A DNA stretch of 64,000 nucleotides from an uncultured Verrucomicrobiae bacterium (lineage in GTDB: Bacteria; Verrucomicrobiota; Verrucomicrobiia; Chthoniobacterales; JAFAMB01), in NCBI GenBank assembly GCA_963762565.1, contig CAVXLD010000010.1:160001-224000 (forward strand), written 5' to 3'. The position numbers and the translations under genes are program-made. The notes below the pieces were generated by a model. That model did no database searches. It saw only the letters and a program-made list of their open reading frames with translations, and was not told the origin of the DNA. Of this stretch, positions 1-9,532 are shown in pieces. Position 1 is the first letter of the stretch, and each line of letters opens with the position of its first letter.

Positions 1-1
1 T

Positions 2-409
2 TGCAAGGTGGGCTGCCACCCGGATTCCGTCCCATTAATCACCGATCCGGATTTCTTTAAACAGTTTGGATTTTTTCTCGAGACCGAACCGGTCGAACCT
101 GATTTCCTGATTTCCGAAGGCAAGTCTCAAGACTTTCTCGGCTCGATTTTCGACGTTCTACTGGTTCCAGGACATTGCCCGGGCAGCCTCTGTTTCTTTT
201 CGCCCGAGCAAAACCTGCTGATAGGCGGCGATGTTTTATTCGCTGGAAGCATCGGACGCACAGACCTCCCCGGGGGCAATCACTCGGAATTGATCGAGAA
301 TATATTTAACAAAGTTCTAGTCCTACCCGACGAGACCGGGGTTCTGCCTGGCCACGGCCCTGTGACGACGATCGGTGAGGAAAGACGCCACAATCCGTTC
401 TTGCGTTAG
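2..409 (+). CDS. MBL-fold metallo-hydrolase (glyoxalase II/YcbL-like), 5'-truncated by window
   Basis: Motifs PGHCPGS, GDVLFAGSIGRTDLPGG, PGHGP; the frame is open to the window edge. Confidence 0.85.
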   Translation, partial: CKVGCHPDSVPLITDPDFFKQFGFFLETEPVEPDFLISEGKSQDFLGSIFDVLLVPGHCPGSLCFFSPEQNLLIGGDVLFAGSIGRTDLPGGNHSELIENIFNKVLVLPDETGVLPGHGPVTTIGEERRHNPFLR

Positions 410-837
410 CCCTCGACTCTAGCCAGTGCTAAGACCAACTGGCCTTCTGCCACGGGTTCACCTTGGCAGGTGGCACGGACTGCGCATTGGGCTAGGCCGT
501 TCATTTCGTTCAGACACTCTGCAAAAAGATCGATCGGTTCTTCTGGCCGGACCGGCCTCAAAAACTTCATCGCCCGAATGGCGGTTAGGAGAAACATTTT
601 GCCCGGCGCGCCTATCGCTATCCCAGCCGTCTGGGCCAGCGCTTCCGCAATCAACACTCCGGGGATAATGGCGTTCCCCGGAAAGTGCCCTTCCAGGAAC
701 GGCTCTTGGACTGAGAAACACTTCGTCGCCTTGGCGCTCCGCCCCGGTTCGACCGCCGTAACCTCGTCGATAAAGATAAACGGCGGCCGATGAGGTAAAC
801 CCAATTCAATCGGATCCATAGGGGTGACAATGCTCAA
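406..837 (-). CDS. fabZ: FabZ/FabA-like 3-hydroxyacyl-ACP dehydratase (hotdog fold)
   Basis: LPHRPPFIFID and GHFPGNAIIPGVLIAEALAQ motifs; start may be the ATG at 819. Confidence 0.8.
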   Translation of the reverse strand: MSIVTPMDPIELGLPHRPPFIFIDEVTAVEPGRSAKATKCFSVQEPFLEGHFPGNAIIPGVLIAEALAQTAGIAIGAPGKMFLLTAIRAMKFLRPVRPEEPIDLFAECLNEMNGLAQCAVRATCQGEPVAEGQLVLALARVEG

Positions 838-863
838 TCAGGCAAAGAACGCACCGGGAAACT

Positions 864-944
864 AGTATCAGTAAGCAGTAAGTAGTAAGCAGTCCGAAAG
901 CCAGCGCAAAAGCCCCAGGCCCCAGACCACTGCTTACTGCTTAC
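864..944. repeat. Inverted pair of heptamer tandem repeats (AGTAAGC)n / (GCTTACT)n
   Basis: agtatcagtaagcagtaagtagtaagcagt at 864-893 and actgcttactgcttac at 929-944. Confidence 0.8.
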
Positions 945-1011
945 CCGGCACGCGATCGACCACGAACCGCATACAGTTGCACCCCACTAGGCGCGAGGCG
1001 ACAGTAACCCT

Positions 1012-2244
1012 GTGACTGTCCCTTCGCTTGCGGAAAGGTTTCGCCCTGATTTCCCGATCCTGGATCAAAGGGTAAATGGATACCCGTTGGTGTACCTGGA
1101 TAACGCCGCTTCAACGCAACGGCCGGCCACTGTGATCGACGAAATCAGCCGCTACTACCGGCACGATCACGCCAATGTTCATCGAGGACTGCATGCGCTC
1201 AGTAATCGGGCTACTACTCTTTACGAAAATGCCCGCCAGCGTGTGGCCAATTATCTCAACGCTGAGCACGCCGAATCGATTATCTTCACCAGGGGCACAA
1301 CCGAATCGATCAATTTGGTGGCCTCTTCCTGGGCCGAAAACGAGCTCAAGCCGGGCGATGGCATTCTACTCACCGAGATGGAACATCACGCCAACCTGAT
1401 TCCCTGGCAGATCGTCGCCAGACGGACCGGAGCTAAACTTCACTTCTTAGCCGTGATTGGAGACGAAGGAGAAATCGATTGGTCCCAACTCGACACGATC
1501 CTCGCGAATAATCCGATCCGAATCGTTGCACTCACGCACATCTCGAATTCACTCGGCCGGATCAACCCGGTAGCAGAAGTATGTCGTGCGGCGCACAAGC
1601 ACGACGCGGTGACGCTAGTCGATGCAGCTCAAAGCGCCGGACACATGCCTCTCGATGTCAAAGCCTTGGATTGCGACTTTCTCGCTTTTTCAGGTCACAA
1701 ATGCTGCGGTCCAACCGGGATCGGAGTTTTGTATGGGCGAAAGAGCCTGCTGGAAAAAATGGAACCCTACCAGACAGGCGGCGAAATGATCGTGAGTGTA
1801 ACTTTTGAACGAGCGGAATGGAAGCCCACCCCTCATCGATTCGAGGCCGGCACTCCGCACATCGCCGGCGCCATCGGGTTAGCCACGGCGCTCGACTATC
1901 TTGACCGGGTCGGACGGACCTCGATTCAAGATAACGATCATTATTTTGGTAACACGGCTGCGAAACGGCTACGTGAAATACCTGATCTGCGTGTGTTTGG
2001 CCCTCGTAATGAGCGAGCGGGCATCGTCAGCTTTCAATTGGGCAACATCCATGCGCACGATCTGGTAGCATTTGCTGATCAGCAAGGGGTCGCGCTACGC
2101 GGTGGACACCATTGTAACCAACCACTTGTCCGTAAGCTCGGACTAAATGCCACCGCCAGAGCCAGCTTCTACCTCTATAATACCGAACCGGAACTTGATC
2201 GCTTAGTCGTGGTCCTCCGCGCGGCCGCAAGATACTTCGGCTAG
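1012..2244 (+). CDS. sufS: SufS-type cysteine desulfurase
   Basis: YLDNAAST, ANVHRG, FSGHKCCGPTG (PLP lysine), RGGHHC catalytic Cys. Confidence 0.95.
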   Translation: MTVPSLAERFRPDFPILDQRVNGYPLVYLDNAASTQRPATVIDEISRYYRHDHANVHRGLHALSNRATTLYENARQRVANYLNAEHAESIIFTRGTTESINLVASSWAENELKPGDGILLTEMEHHANLIPWQIVARRTGAKLHFLAVIGDEGEIDWSQLDTILANNPIRIVALTHISNSLGRINPVAEVCRAAHKHDAVTLVDAAQSAGHMPLDVKALDCDFLAFSGHKCCGPTGIGVLYGRKSLLEKMEPYQTGGEMIVSVTFERAEWKPTPHRFEAGTPHIAGAIGLATALDYLDRVGRTSIQDNDHYFGNTAAKRLREIPDLRVFGPRNERAGIVSFQLGNIHAHDLVAFADQQGVALRGGHHCNQPLVRKLGLNATARASFYLYNTEPELDRLVVVLRAAARYFG

Positions 2245-2479
2245 CCTGCCAGCCTCTCAAATCTGTTACGGATTTGAGAGGCTGGCAGGCTGTGGCCTTT
2301 AGACGGACTATTAGCGTCCGCCTAAAGGCAAAGCATCTTTAAGCGGAGATCGGTTGAAAATCGTGCTAGTGACCCTCGGTAAAACAACCAGTGCAGCAAA
2401 ATTCTCCGGCGTAGCGGAGAATTTTGCTATAGCCTGCGTTCTTCATCAATGCGTAATACATTGAAGAAGAACGCAGGCT
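2243..2479. repeat. Tandem array of 5-6 hairpins with AGC...GCT ends filling the sufS-sufU spacer
   Basis: Hairpins at 2243-2291 (23/24 matched), 2294-2330, 2332-2367 (degenerate), 2395-2428 and 2431-2479 (20/21). Confidence 0.85.
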
Positions 2480-2905
2480 ATGGACTTCGACGAGCTGTAT
2501 CAAGAGATCATCCTGGATCACTCGAAGCGGCCCCGCAACAGCGGCGTGCTGCCTCCACCCGCGACCCGGGGTTCAGGCTACAATCCGGCATGCGGCGACG
2601 AAGTGACCGTATTCGTTTTGCAGTCACCGGAAGGGAAAATCGAAACCATTTCGTTCCAGGCGCAGGCATGTGCGATCTGCACCGCTTCGACCTCGCTGAT
2701 GACGCTTCAAGTGAAAGGGGCGACTCAAGAACAGGCTTTAGCGTTGCTAAGACATTTCATTGATTTCCTGACCAAGGACGGCCCCAGCGAGGGTTTGGGC
2801 CACTTACGCGCTCTCGCCGGGGTGAAGAAGTTTCCGCAGCGCTTGAAGTGCGCGACGCTCGGTTGGCACGCACTGGAAGCAGCACTAAAGGGCGGGACGG
2901 GGTAG
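2480..2905 (+). CDS. sufU: SufU/NifU-type Fe-S scaffold / sulfur acceptor
   Basis: LYQEIILDH, NPACGD, ACAIC, RLKCATL; downstream of sufS. Confidence 0.92.
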   Translation: MDFDELYQEIILDHSKRPRNSGVLPPPATRGSGYNPACGDEVTVFVLQSPEGKIETISFQAQACAICTASTSLMTLQVKGATQEQALALLRHFIDFLTKDGPSEGLGHLRALAGVKKFPQRLKCATLGWHALEAALKGGTG

Positions 2906-3019
2906 GCGTATCGGGTGTGGGCGTAACAGCGTATCGGCGTTTGATCCGCGAGATGAACCGATGCGCGCCCGGATCGAATCGGGCGATTTAAATGTGAATT
3001 GTTGGTTTTTGAAACCAGC

Positions 3020-3048
3020 TTGACTTCTAATACGGTCGTACGTATTGG
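3020..3048 (+). promoter_or_regulatory. Putative promoter with overlapping TetR operator
   Basis: TTGACT (-35-like) at 3020-3025 and dyad AATACG-N6-CGTATT at 3029-3046, directly upstream of the tetR-family gene. Confidence 0.5.
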
Positions 3049-3647
3049 ATAGCGTGCCCAGACATTCTCTCCGTAACCGTATCCTCGAAGCCGGCCTCAA
3101 GGTCATGTTTCGTAAGGGTTACGTCGGAGCCAGCGTGCGCGATATTGTTGCCGAGGCGCCCGCGCCGCAGGGCTCGTTTACCAACCATTTCCGCTCAAAA
3201 GAGGAATTCGTGCGCGAAGTGCTCGACCTCTATTTCGAAAACCTGAAGCAAGTTGTCACGGAGACACTCGGAGACACCAGCCGCACGCCCCGGCAACGGC
3301 TCAAGCGTTATCTCGACTTCATCACGGAGCGTCTGGCCAACGCAGAGTTCAGCCGGGGATGCCTGATTGGTGATTTGAGTCTTGAAGCCGCACCGCAGAG
3401 CCAGATCCTCCGCGAACGCTTGGCCGATATCTTTATCGAATGGCGTACCCCCTTCGCCGCATGCATTGCAGAAGGGCAAGCAGCAGGCGAGATCGCCACA
3501 ACCTTTACCGCTGAAGAGCTTGCTGAGTTCCTCCTGTCCTCATGGGAAGGCGCCATCCTGCGCTTAAAGGTCGTGCGCAACGCCGAACCGCTGGAGCGCT
3601 TTAAACGCATCGCTTTTGCCACCGTATTCAAGGAACCGCCGCTATGA
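3045..3647 (+). CDS. TetR/AcrR family regulator (NemR-like)
   Basis: N-terminal HTH (GASVRDIV...GSFTNHFRSKE), RGCLIG motif; the real start may be GTG 3054; ATGA overlap with the next gene. Confidence 0.9.
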   Translation: MDSVPRHSLRNRILEAGLKVMFRKGYVGASVRDIVAEAPAPQGSFTNHFRSKEEFVREVLDLYFENLKQVVTETLGDTSRTPRQRLKRYLDFITERLANAEFSRGCLIGDLSLEAAPQSQILRERLADIFIEWRTPFAACIAEGQAAGEIATTFTAEELAEFLLSSWEGAILRLKVVRNAEPLERFKRIAFATVFKEPPL

Positions 3648-4549
3648 ATCCAGACATCACCCTTCCAAAAACCTCCGTCCTCGATTCCGAAATGGCCTAC
3701 CGGGAGGCGGGCCGGACAGACGCTCCGGTCGCACTCTTCCTGCATGGCAATCCGACATCATCATACCTCTGGCGCAACGTCATTCCGCGTGTCGCAGAGG
3801 TCGCCCATTGCATAGCCCCAGATCTGATCGGTTTCGGCCAATCGGGTAAACCTGATATCGCGTATCGTTTCGAGGATCATGCGCGCTATCTCGACGCTTT
3901 CATCGATAAGGCTGGCATTCGCTCGGCCTACCTTATACTGCACGACTGGGGATCAGGGCTCGGCTTCCACCTGGCAGCACGCCGGCCTGAGTTTGTACTT
4001 GGTTTAGCGTTCATGGAGTTTATTCGGCCGATCCCGACCTGGGAAGAGTTCTTGAGAGATTCGAACGCGCGGGAGATCTTCCGCAAGTTTCGCACCCCAG
4101 GGGAAGGAGAGAAATTGATCCTGGAAAACAACGCCTTTGTCGAGCGAGTGCTGCCGGGCTCGATTGTGCGCAAGCTCAGCGAGGAGGAGATGGCCGTCTA
4201 TCGATCCCCCTTCCCGACGCCAGAATCACGGCGGCCAACCTGGCGCTTTCCGAATGAACTACCGATTGCCGGACAGCCGGCCGACGTCGTTGCGACGATC
4301 GAAAAAGCGCTCGCAAGTCTCGCAGCGTCCACCTATCCGAAGCTTCTCTTCGCGGCGGATCCCGGCGCCCTAGTCCCACCGGCCATAGCAGAAGATTTCG
4401 CCCGCAAGCTTCATGATTGCGAATTAGTGAGGCTCGGCGCAGGCATACACTATTTGCAGGAAGATCACCCGGACACGATCGGTAGATCGGTTTCTGAATT
4501 CATTGCTAAAGTTGAGGAACGCAGGGCCAAGAGCATGGCCACATCCTAG
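3644..4549 (+). CDS. dhaA: Haloalkane dehalogenase (DhaA-like)
   Basis: LHGNPTSSYLWRN, nucleophile HDWGS, catalytic acid FMEFI, RRPTWRFPNELPI, base HYLQED. Confidence 0.88.
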   Translation: MNPDITLPKTSVLDSEMAYREAGRTDAPVALFLHGNPTSSYLWRNVIPRVAEVAHCIAPDLIGFGQSGKPDIAYRFEDHARYLDAFIDKAGIRSAYLILHDWGSGLGFHLAARRPEFVLGLAFMEFIRPIPTWEEFLRDSNAREIFRKFRTPGEGEKLILENNAFVERVLPGSIVRKLSEEEMAVYRSPFPTPESRRPTWRFPNELPIAGQPADVVATIEKALASLAASTYPKLLFAADPGALVPPAIAEDFARKLHDCELVRLGAGIHYLQEDHPDTIGRSVSEFIAKVEERRAKSMATS

Positions 4550-4822
4550 TGTCCTGTCCCATAAGTAACGTGGCGTTCGCCGTCGGTCAGTTGGCTGTTT
4601 TTCAAGGCGCGAGCGAAGCGCCCATATCTGGTTCATACGGGTCGAGCGAGCAACGCGGAAAAACAGCCAACTGGCCACGGCCCGGAGGGTTGCGATGAAA
4701 ATGGGCCGGCGGCTGCGTTGCTCGTCGGTTACGTATCAATCTAGATATGCGCCCTCCTCGCGCCTTGCCGGCGGCCCATTTTGATCGCAACGAAAGCCAC
4801 GTTATTTATGGGACAGGACACT
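4548..4822. mobile_element. MITE-like element with 32-bp terminal inverted repeats
   Basis: AGTGTCCTGTCCCATAAGTAACGTGGCGTTCG at 4548-4579 matches the inverted copy at 4791-4822 (30/32); internal inverted sub-repeats; no coding capacity. Confidence 0.75.
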
Positions 4823-4938
4823 CGTACGAGCTAAGGCGACAAGTCTTTTGGTCCTCTCGTCGTCCAACTACACTCCCTCACTCCGCGCCGCTAGATTCGA
4901 GGACGAGGACGATTACGATTGGACACGCCCCCACGCCA

Positions 4939-6621
4939 TTACGCTGTATTCCCCAGCTCCTGCGTGCCAAGGTCCAGGGGGCTGGCAGGCATGGTACCGG
5001 GTTTGCTTATCAGCGACACATGACTGAGAAGCTCTCGGTTTACACAGAGAAAAACGCGTTCGGTGGGCGGATCTTGTCCAACGTGCAATGTTACCGCTTT
5101 CTCTAAGACTTCTCTCTCGGATTGAGTGTATCGCTCCTTTTGCAACAGGTGCTCTGTCCAGGACGGCATCATCATTTCGATGCGGTAAACATTGGCTCGC
5201 CCGAGGTCCTCATGAAGGCGCCAGCTAAAGGCTCCGTTGCGAAGATGAATCAGGCGAACCTGGCGGAGCAACGTAATGAACTCAGACCCTCGATGGCGAT
5301 CGACCTCGAACTCGTAAGTGATCGAGATAGGTCCATCGTGCGGTCGCGGAATATGTAATAACTTATGCGAGAAACCGGTAACCGGGGCTGGATTGAAATT
5401 GAGCTCGCTGACGAAATTGAGAGAAAGCGGGATCGAAAGGAGAAGGCTCAACAAGAGTAACCCAGAGGCGATCTCCAGCGTAAAAGTGACGCCTAGGGTA
5501 CTGGCTAGAATACCCCAGATGATACCGCCCAAGGCCATGGCGCCTTGAGAGAACATGATAATAGTAGCGTTCATTCGACCACGAGCCCAATCGGGCATAG
5601 CCCGCTGGCTGACGACCCAAAGTTCGGATGCCGCTAGCGTCCAACCAATCCCGGCTACGGCCGCGATAGCCATGAACAACACATGGTCTACGACCAAACC
5701 CATCCCGATGTACACCAGCACTAACAGAACGCTCGAAGAGAGAATGATTGAATTGGAAGAAAGGTGATCCCGGGCTTTCGGCACCACAAACACCGCTCCG
5801 AAGACGGATCCGGCGCCCATGCAGGTGAACAAAAGTCCCAAACTCGATGGCTCGAACTTCAGCTTCTGCAGACCAACAACGGGAAGCAGAGCAGGGATTA
5901 CACAGATAAAGAGTGAGAACAAAACGTTACGCGCCAGGACGACTCGGAGTCCGGGGGCAAAACGGACATAACGAATTGCGGTCGAGAACGATTCTAAGAA
6001 ATTCTCTAGGGGCAGCTGGGAGTTTCGTACCGGACGTTTCCACTGCGCGATCGCAAAAATTACGAGGAAGAAACAGAGGGCGTTGGTGGCGAAGATCCAG
6101 CTGGGAGAAACAAATCGTAAGGCTAATCCACCGATAGCTGGTCCGATAATACCGGAAATATTGAAGGATAGCCCGCTTAAGGTGGAAGCCGAGGGCAACT
6201 CTTCATTTGTAACAATTTCAGGCACTATTGCCGTCCAGGCGGGCGCATTGAAGGCAAAACCGACCCCGGTTAGAAAAATACAAATCAACACCAGCGCCGG
6301 AGTGAGCCAATGAAACGCAAAAAGCAGCGCCAGCAGAGCGGCAGTGAGCGCCAGCCATAAATTCATAAAACGCAAGAGCTTCCGCCGATCGACCATGTCC
6401 GCCAAAGCACCGGCAGGGAGCGTGAACAAAAAGAAAGGGAGAGAGGCGACCGTCGACATCAAGGAAAGCAAGAAGGCTGACGGGCTAAGCATATTCATCA
6501 CCCAGGTAGCAGTGGTGTCATGTGCACTAATGCAAATGCTCGACAAAAGGCTAGCCAACCAGATTCGACAGTAGGTCGAATTACGGAGCGCGGTAAAAGT
6601 GGAAGAGTGATGATTAGACAT
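4939..6621 (-). CDS. MFS transporter (MFS_3 / transmembrane secretion effector type) with soluble C-terminal domain
   Basis: About 12 hydrophobic segments, AGALADMVDRRK motif A, about 150-aa soluble tail (RNGAFSWRL...SWTEHL). Confidence 0.85.
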   Translation of the reverse strand: MSNHHSSTFTALRNSTYCRIWLASLLSSICISAHDTTATWVMNMLSPSAFLLSLMSTVASLPFFLFTLPAGALADMVDRRKLLRFMNLWLALTAALLALLFAFHWLTPALVLICIFLTGVGFAFNAPAWTAIVPEIVTNEELPSASTLSGLSFNISGIIGPAIGGLALRFVSPSWIFATNALCFFLVIFAIAQWKRPVRNSQLPLENFLESFSTAIRYVRFAPGLRVVLARNVLFSLFICVIPALLPVVGLQKLKFEPSSLGLLFTCMGAGSVFGAVFVVPKARDHLSSNSIILSSSVLLVLVYIGMGLVVDHVLFMAIAAVAGIGWTLAASELWVVSQRAMPDWARGRMNATIIMFSQGAMALGGIIWGILASTLGVTFTLEIASGLLLLSLLLSIPLSLNFVSELNFNPAPVTGFSHKLLHIPRPHDGPISITYEFEVDRHRGSEFITLLRQVRLIHLRNGAFSWRLHEDLGRANVYRIEMMMPSWTEHLLQKERYTQSEREVLEKAVTLHVGQDPPTERVFLCVNRELLSHVSLISKPGTMPASPLDLGTQELGNTA

Positions 6622-6811
6622 GCGTCTAAAAAGGGGGGAGTAAGAAAACGGGGTAAAATTCCCTCAGGCTGAAGACTTTGACAACTGCATTAAGGCAGTA
6701 ATTGGGAGGAGTTTAATAAGGCAGCCAGTTTCGAAAAGTGAAACTAATTCAAAAGGTCATTGATCTTAGTTCACCCTGCCTCCAGACAAAGCGATCAGCG
6801 ACTATCAAACG

Positions 6812-8476
6812 CTACACGCTGTAGCCTGCTTGGCTGACCTCGTCTTCCGGCGTTTCCAAGTTCGTGGAGTTTAGCCGGCGAGTCATCAGTTCCCGGTGCA
6901 CGGATAGATAATGCTTTACCAAAGGCCCGTCTGAAGCCGAGGTGTGCAGACTCCACGTCCTCCGCCAAACCGCCAGCTCGTTTTTGGTCATTCGCTTGTG
7001 CTGTTCGAGATGCTCTGACCACGACGAAACCATCATTTCCATTCGGAACCGGTTCGGCTTTTCCAAGTCCTCGTCCAACCTCCAACTAAACGCTCCATTT
7101 CTCAGGTAGATGAGGCGCATCTCCCGCATTAGATCGAGAAAACGACGCCGGTTTTCCTGTTCAATTTCAAACACCATCACCACTACCACGGGTCCATCTG
7201 AAGGATCAGGTAGGTGCAAGAATCGATGGTACTGGGTCGTTAACGGAGCCGGATCCAGGTCCAGTTGCTTGGTAAAATCGATCGAAAGCGGGAAGGCCAA
7301 AGACAAGCTGAAGATTAGAAATAGCGCAGCGGCGATTAGCGCGAACTCGACGTTGACGCCGGCGGCCAGCGCACCCCAGGTGAGCCCACCCAACGCCAGA
7401 CCACCCTGAGAAACCATCATGTGCGTGGCGTTCATTCGCCCACGAGCCCAGCTGGGCATGGCTCGCTGGCCGGCCACCCACAACTCCGAAGCAGTCAGCG
7501 TCCAACCAAGTCCAGCCAATGCCGCGACTACCATGAACAAATTCGTGTCCCGAACAAAGGCCATCAATAGAAAAACAAAAGCCAGCAACAGATTTGCCAG
7601 AATGGTCAAGGTATTAGCGGAGAATTTGGCTCGGGCTCGTGGAATCACCACCACCGCTCCGATCACCGAACCGACTCCCATAGATGTGAACAACAGACCC
7701 AACTTAGATGGGTCCAGACCCAGTTGCTTGAGACCGACCACGGGCAACAGCGCCGGGATGACCGCAATAAAAACCGCGAAAATCACATCACGCACCAACA
7801 CAACCTGAATCCCCGGGGCGTATCGGATATAGCGGACCGCGCTGGCTAACGAATCGAAGAAATTTTCCAGCGGCATTTTTGGGGTTGCATAAACGCGGCC
7901 CCACCCAGAGAGAGTCAGGAGGAGAAGGAAAAAACAGATCGCATTTGCCGCAAAAACAAACTGAGCGCCGAACCTCGCTAGTACCAGACCGCCGATGGCC
8001 GGGCCGATAATACCCGAGATGTTAAGTTGAAGCCCACCCAGAGTGATGGCAGAGGCTAATTGTTCCTTCGATACTACTTCGGGAACAAGGGCCGACCAAG
8101 CCGGCGCGTAGAAACTGAAGCCAATCCCGATTAGAAAGACGGATAAGAGAATCAGGTATGGGTGAAGCCAGTTTAGTCCTGTCAACAGCGCTAAGCCTCC
8201 TGCAACAGCGCCGAGCCAGACATTCATCACGCAGAGGATCTTGCGCCGGTCAGTCATATCGGCCAAAGCGCCGGCGGGTAGCGTAAAAAGGAAAAACGGG
8301 AGCGATGCGACGGTCGAGATGAGCGAAATAAGAAAACTCGAATGACTCAGTCTGCTCATCAGCCAAGTACTGGCCGTGTCATGCGCGGAAACGCAGGTAC
8401 CCGATATCAAGCTCATCACCCAAAGCCTTTTGAACAGAGGGTTTTGCAATGAAAGAAACGTGGAAGTCTTCGTCAT
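6812..8476 (-). CDS. MFS transporter, tandem paralog of 4939-6621
   Basis: Shares STVASLPFFLFTLPAGALADM, ASELWV, WARGRMNAT and LRNGAFSWRL with its neighbour. Confidence 0.85.
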   Translation of the reverse strand: MTKTSTFLSLQNPLFKRLWVMSLISGTCVSAHDTASTWLMSRLSHSSFLISLISTVASLPFFLFTLPAGALADMTDRRKILCVMNVWLGAVAGGLALLTGLNWLHPYLILLSVFLIGIGFSFYAPAWSALVPEVVSKEQLASAITLGGLQLNISGIIGPAIGGLVLARFGAQFVFAANAICFFLLLLTLSGWGRVYATPKMPLENFFDSLASAVRYIRYAPGIQVVLVRDVIFAVFIAVIPALLPVVGLKQLGLDPSKLGLLFTSMGVGSVIGAVVVIPRARAKFSANTLTILANLLLAFVFLLMAFVRDTNLFMVVAALAGLGWTLTASELWVAGQRAMPSWARGRMNATHMMVSQGGLALGGLTWGALAAGVNVEFALIAAALFLIFSLSLAFPLSIDFTKQLDLDPAPLTTQYHRFLHLPDPSDGPVVVVMVFEIEQENRRRFLDLMREMRLIYLRNGAFSWRLDEDLEKPNRFRMEMMVSSWSEHLEQHKRMTKNELAVWRRTWSLHTSASDGPLVKHYLSVHRELMTRRLNSTNLETPEDEVSQAGYSV

Positions 8477-8730
8477 CTCGTGCTCGGCGGCCGTTTTTGG
8501 TCCAATATGTCTCTCCTAATCTCTAGAGCGAGCCGGCCGCCCTCGCTAGGCTACGCGCGCCATCGCGGAGTCAGAAACTCACCCCTGCCGAGCCTAAGCC
8601 AGTTCTTAACCTGGACAAATTGCTATTTGAGTCCTGGAACCGGATGCCGGCTCTTCGATTCCAACAGCAGACCCCTCGGAACAAGAGCGCTTGTAACCAA
8701 AAAGAACCTTGACTTATATGGAGCTAACTT

Positions 8731-9456
8731 ATGCCCTTGCTGAATTCCGAGCAGTCGGCCGACTCTCCGGATGTCCCCCCCATGGTAATTAAACGTTCAC
8801 CAAAGATTATCCTGGAAGGCACCCGCCTGACGGGAAAGACCGATCTAGCGTTTGCTCTCAATGAGCACCCGCGCATTATCGGAGTTAGGAAATATCGCTA
8901 CCACTCGCCGATCATCTCAGCCGAGTGGAACGGTTTTACTCGAAGTCCGTACGGCGCCAGCTTGATTAATTTCACGCCCGCGTACGAAGAGTTGGCGATG
9001 GAAGCTTATCGCACCTGGGCCAAACTCTTTGAGCTTTACCGGTACTACTCTTGGATCGTCGACCGGTTCCACATCTCGACTCAAGTGTGGCAATCGATCT
9101 ACGCAAAGCGGCACTATGATTTCACCTGGTTAGAAAAAAGACTGGTGCCTCTTGGATTCCGTTTAGTCCTTTGCTGGCGACGTCCTGACTCGTTTGAAAA
9201 GGCCAGACAACGCCGGCTGGCCATCTCGAGCAACCCGTCACAATACGAAGATCTACAGATTTTTCTTCGGGAACAAGAGGTCATGCAAGAACTGTTCGAT
9301 CGATCGCTTCTTCCGAAAATGGTCGTGGATGTAACCGATAAAAGTCCAGACGAAATGGTTACGGATGTGGCCGACTGGTTAGAGGCTACCGGCGCGCTAA
9401 CCGTGCCCGACATGGAGCCAATGGTGGCGGAAGAGGATAACATCCTTGATCACTGA
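8731..9456 (+). CDS. Uncharacterised P-loop protein, thymidylate/NMP-kinase-like
   Basis: IILEGTRLTGKT Walker A and WIVDRFHIS (DRx motif of dTMP kinases). Confidence 0.6.
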   Translation: MPLLNSEQSADSPDVPPMVIKRSPKIILEGTRLTGKTDLAFALNEHPRIIGVRKYRYHSPIISAEWNGFTRSPYGASLINFTPAYEELAMEAYRTWAKLFELYRYYSWIVDRFHISTQVWQSIYAKRHYDFTWLEKRLVPLGFRLVLCWRRPDSFEKARQRRLAISSNPSQYEDLQIFLREQEVMQELFDRSLLPKMVVDVTDKSPDEMVTDVADWLEATGALTVPDMEPMVAEEDNILDH

Positions 9457-9532
9457 TTACTTTCTCGTTCGTGTGCCCGCCGCAATTCTTGCCAAGAGCC
9501 TTTATTAGCCTCATCTTGGAGGCACCCTTTCT

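Noticed and set aside
2243..2479. CRISPR array interpretation of the hairpin array
   Set aside because: No identical direct repeats separated by spacers, and no cas genes in the window
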